A stretch of 64,000 bases of DNA, taken from positions 405,108,001 to 405,172,000 of the forward strand of contig OZ024741.1 in NCBI GenBank assembly GCA_964016885.1. Direction: 5' to 3'. The translations under genes were made by a program, and so were the position numbers. Below are positions 59,741 to 64,000 of this stretch, piece by piece. Source of the stretch: Eledone cirrhosa (Eukaryota). Numbering within the stretch: the stretch's first letter is position 1; each line of letters starts with the position of its first letter. The notes beneath the pieces were generated by a model. It was not told where the DNA came from, made no database searches, and saw only the letters and a list, made by a program, of their open reading frames with translations.

Positions 59741-62700
59741 TTTTTACAGCTTTTCACAACTATTTTATAATTAATTGTGACAACCTTCACAACTATTTTA
59801 TAATTAATTTTTTCAGCTTTTCATAACTATTTTATAATGAACTGTGACAACCTTCACAACTATTTTATAATTAATTTTTACAGCTTTTCACAACTATTTT
59901 ATAATTAATTTTGACAACCTTCACAACTATTTTATAATGAATTGTGACAACCTTCACAACTATTTTATAATGAATTGTGAGAACCTTCACAACTATTTTA
60001 TAATTAATTTTTACAGATTTTCACAACTATTTTATAATTAATTGTGACAACCTTCACAACTATTTTATAATGAATTGTGACAACCTTCACAACTATTTTT
60101 TAATGAATTGTGACAACCTTCACAATTATTTTATAATGAATTGTGACAACCTTCACAACTATTTTATAATGAATTGTGACAACCTTCACAACTATTTTAT
60201 AATTAATTTTTACAGATTTTCACAACTATTTTATAATTAATTGTGACAACCTTCACAACTATTTTATAATGAATTTTTACAGCTTTTCACAACTATTTTA
60301 TAATTAATTGTGACAACCTTCACAACTATTTTATAATTAATTTTTTCAGATTTTCACAACTATTTTATAATGAACTGTGACAACCTTCACAAATATTTTA
60401 TAATGAATTGTGTCAACCTTCACAACTATTTTATAATGAATTGTGACAACCTTCACAACTATTTTATAATTAATTTTTACAGCTTTTCACAACTATTTTA
60501 TAATTAATTGTGACAACCTTCACAACTATTTTATAATTAATTGTGACAACCTTCACAACTATTTTATAATTAATTTTTACAGCTTTTCACAACTATTTTA
60601 TAATTAATTGTGACAAACTTCACAACTATTTTATAATTAATTGTGACAACCTTCACAACTATTTTATAATTAATTTTTACAGATTTTCACAACTATTTTA
60701 TAATTAATTGTGACAACCTTCACAACTATTTTATAATGAATTGTGACAACCTTCACAACTATTTTATAATTAATTGTGACAACCTTCACAACTATTTTAT
60801 AATTAATTTTTACAGATTTTCACAACTATTTTATAATTAATTGTGACAACCTTCACAACTATTTTATAATGAATTGTGACAACCTTCACAACTATTTTAT
60901 AATTAATTTTTACAGCTTTTCACAACTATTTTATAATTAATTGTGACAACCTTCACAACTATTTTATAATTAATTGTGACAACCTTCACAACTATTTTAT
61001 AATTAATTTTTACAGCTTTTCACAACTATTTTATAATGAATTGTGACAAACTTCACAACTATTTTATAATGAATTTTTACAGCTTTTCACAACTATTTTA
61101 TAATTAATTGTGACAACCTTCACAACTATTTTATAATTAATTTTTTCAGCTTTTCATAACTATTTTATAATGAACTGTGACAACCTTCACAACTATTTTA
61201 TAATTAATTTTTACAGCTTTTCACAACTATTTTATAATTAATTGTGACAACCTTCACAACTATTTTATAATGAATTGTGACAACCTTCACAACTATTTTA
61301 TAATGAATTGTGACAACCTTCACAACTATTTTATAATGAATTGTGACAACCTTCACAACTATTTTATAATTAATTGTGACAACCTTCACAACTACTTTAT
61401 AATTAATTTTTACAGCTTTTCACAACTATTTTATAATTAATTGTGACAACCTTCACAACTATTTTATAATCAATTGTGACAACCTTCACAACTATTTTAT
61501 AATTAATTTTTAAAGATTTTCACAACTATTTTATAATTAATTGTGACAACCTTCACAATTATTTTATAATCAATTGTGACAACCTTCACAACTATTTTAT
61601 AATTAATTTTTACAGCTTTTCACAACTATTTTATAATTAATTGTGACAACCTTCACAACTATTTTATAATTAATTTTTACAGCATTTCACAACTATTTTA
61701 TAATGAATTGTGACAAACTTCACAACTATTTTATAATTAATTTTTACAGCTTTTCACAACTATTTTATAATTAATTGTGACAACCTTCACAACTATTTTA
61801 TAATTAATTTTTTCAGCTTTTCACAACTATTTTATAATGAACTGTGACAACCTTCACAACTATTTTATAATGAATTGTGACAACCTTCACAACTATTTTA
61901 TAATGAATTGTGACAACCTTCACAACTATTTTATAATTAATTTTTACAGCTTTTCACAACTATTTTATAATTAATTGTGACAACCTTCACAACTATTTTA
62001 TAATTAATTGTGACAACCTTCACAACTATTTTATAATTAATTTTTACAGAATTTCACAACTATTTTATAATTAATTGTGACAACCTTCACAACTATCTTA
62101 TACTGAATTGTGACAACCTTCACAAACTATTTTATAATTAATTTTTACAGATTTTCACAACTATTTTATAATTAATTGTGACAACCTTCACAACTATTTT
62201 ATAATTAATTTTTACAGATTTTCACAACTATTTTATAATTAATTGTGACAACCTTCACAACTATTTTATAATGAATTGTGACAACCTTCACAACTATTTT
62301 ATAATTAATTTTTACAGGTTTTCACAACTATTTTATAATGAATTGTGACAAACTTCACAACTATTTTATAATGAATTTTTACAGCTTTTCACAACTATTT
62401 TATAATTAATTGTGACAACCTTCACAACTATTTTATAATTAATTTTTTCAGCTTTTCATAACTATTTTATAATGAACTGTGACAACCTTCACAACTATTT
62501 TATAATTAATTTTTACAGCTTTTCACAACTATTTTATAATTAATTTTGACAACCTTCACAACTATTTTATAATGAATTGTGACAACCTTCACAACTATTT
62601 TATAATGAATTGTGAGAACCTTCACAACTATTTTATAATTAATTTTTACAGATTTTCACAACTATTTTATAATTAATTGTGACAACCTTCACAACTATTT

Positions 62701-64000
62701 TATAATGAATTGTGACAACCTTCACAACTATTTTTTAATGAATTGTGACAACCTTCACAATTATTTTATAATGAATTGTGACAACCTTCACAACTATTTT
62801 ATAATGAATTGTGACAACCTTCACAACTATTTTATAATTAATTTTTACAGCTTTTCACAACTATTTTATAATTAATTGTGACAACCTTCACAACTATTTT
62901 ATAATTAATTTTTTCAGTTTTTCATAACTATTTTATAATTAATTGTGACAACCTTCACAACTATTTTATAATTAATTTTTACAGCTTTTCACAACTATTT
63001 AATAATTAATTGTGACAACCTTCACAACTATTTTATAATTAATTTTTTCAGGTTTTCACAACTATTTTATAATTAATTGTGACAACCTTCACAACTATTT
63101 TATAATGAATTGTGACAACCTTCACAACTATTTTATAATTAATTTTTACAGATTTTCACACCTATTTTATAATTAATTGTGACAACCTTCACAACTATTT
63201 TATAATGAATTGTGACAACCTTCACAACTATTTTTTAATGAATTGTGACAACCTTCACAATTATTTTATAATGAATTGTGACAACCTTCACAACTATTTT
63301 ATAATTAATTTTTACAGATTTTCACAACTATTTTATAATTAATTGTGACAACCTTCACAACTATTTTATAATGAATTGTGACAACCTTCACAACTATTTT
63401 ATAATTAATTTTTACAGATTTTCACAACTATTTTATAATTAATTGTGACAACCTTCACAACTATTTTATAATGAATTTTTACAGCTTTTCACAACTATTT
63501 TATAATTAATTGTGACAACCTTCACAACTATTTTATAATTAATTTTTTCAGATTTTCACAACTATTTTATAATGAACTGTGACAACCTTCACAAATATTT
63601 TATAATGAATTGTGTCAACCTTCACAACTATTTTATAATGAATTGTGACAACCTTCACAACTATTTTATAATTAATTTTTACAGCTTTTCACAACTATTT
63701 TATAATTAATTGTGACAACCTTCACAACTATTTTATAATTAATTGTGACAACCTTCACAACTATTTTATAATTAATTTTTACAGCTTTTCACAACTATTT
63801 TATAATTAATTGTGACAACCTTCACAACTATTTTATAATTAATTGTGACAACCTTCACAACTATTTTATAATTAATTTTTACAGATTTTCACAACTATTT
63901 TATAATTAATTGTGACAACCTTCACAACTATTTTATAATGAATTGTGACAACCTTCACAACTATTTTATAATTAATTGTGACAACCTTCACAACTATTTT

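Larger units (their letters stand above)
1..64000. repeat. Satellite DNA array of interleaved 33-bp (A) and 34-bp (B) monomers, about 1,900 units, head-to-tail, single orientation
   Basis: The motif ttcacaactattttataat[t/g]aatt recurs every 33-34 bp from the first to the last line, separated by either gtgacaacc (A) or tttacagctt and its variants (B). I saw no unique sequence, inversion or insertion longer than 7 bp. Confidence 0.99.
47341..64000. repeat. Right array domain with a distinct set of variants
   Basis: The gatttacac and tactttagaa markers disappear. The variants ttcataact, ttcaggtttt, cagaatttc, tatcttata, ataatcaatt, tttttaatg followed by cacaatt, cacacct and gtgagaacc appear. 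Confidence 0.8.

Noticed and set aside
1210-61389. Repetitive ORFs on both strands (MNCDNLHNYFI and VVTIHYKIVVK repeats, up to 204 aa)
   Set aside because: The 33-bp period gives 11-codon repeats. ORFs coincide with A-runs and end at or just after the next 34-bp B frameshift. They have no unique domain or RBS, and they overlap on both strands.
1-64000. CRISPR-like look (constant 24-bp repeat plus variable segment)
   Set aside because: The variable segments are only 9-10 bp and fall into two classes rather than unique spacers. There is no leader and no cas genes.
1-64000. Telomeric repeat or plasmid iteron array
   Set aside because: There is no G-rich telomerase-type unit. The heritable kb-scale duplications indicate recombinational amplification. 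The copy number is far beyond that of iterons and there is no rep gene.
1-64000. Apparent excess of C>A variants (aacatt, aaactt, caaatat, cagatt, taaag)
   Set aside because: C>T variants are also common, and the counts are inflated by duplication. This cannot be supported without counting independent events.
1-64000. Pure assembly or sequencing artefact
   Set aside because: Variants recur in consistent linked order and nested hierarchies, which random error would not produce. The copy number of individual blocks could still be misassembled.

Overview
The whole 64 kb window is one uninterrupted, single-orientation, very AT-rich (about 22% GC by monomer count, C>>G on the + strand) tandem satellite array of roughly 1,900 monomers. 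It runs off both ends. It is built from two interleaved monomer types: A (33 bp, aattgtgacaaccttcacaactattttataat[t/g]) and B (34 bp, aatttttacagcttttcacaactattttataat[t/g]). They share a near-invariant 24-bp core and differ only in a 9/10-bp cassette. I see no credible genes, RNA genes, transposons or CRISPR array. All listed ORFs are by-products of the 33-bp (11-codon) period. The informative structure is higher-order. Monomer order is non-random (B almost never follows B, and AAB = 100 bp is common). Diagnostic variants reveal a variable-length higher-order repeat of about 1.1-2.0 kb and nested duplications of 333 bp, 702 bp, 999 bp, about 3.15 kb, 4.04 kb and about 6.3 kb. A homogeneous central domain (about 11-47 kb) is flanked by more divergent domains that share variants with each other. 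Every typical A monomer carries a TTGTGA-N6-TCACAA dyad that B has lost on one side. The source organism cannot be determined from the sequence; a eukaryotic (peri)centromeric or heterochromatic satellite is the most parsimonious reading. All coordinates were read by eye, and block boundaries are approximate.
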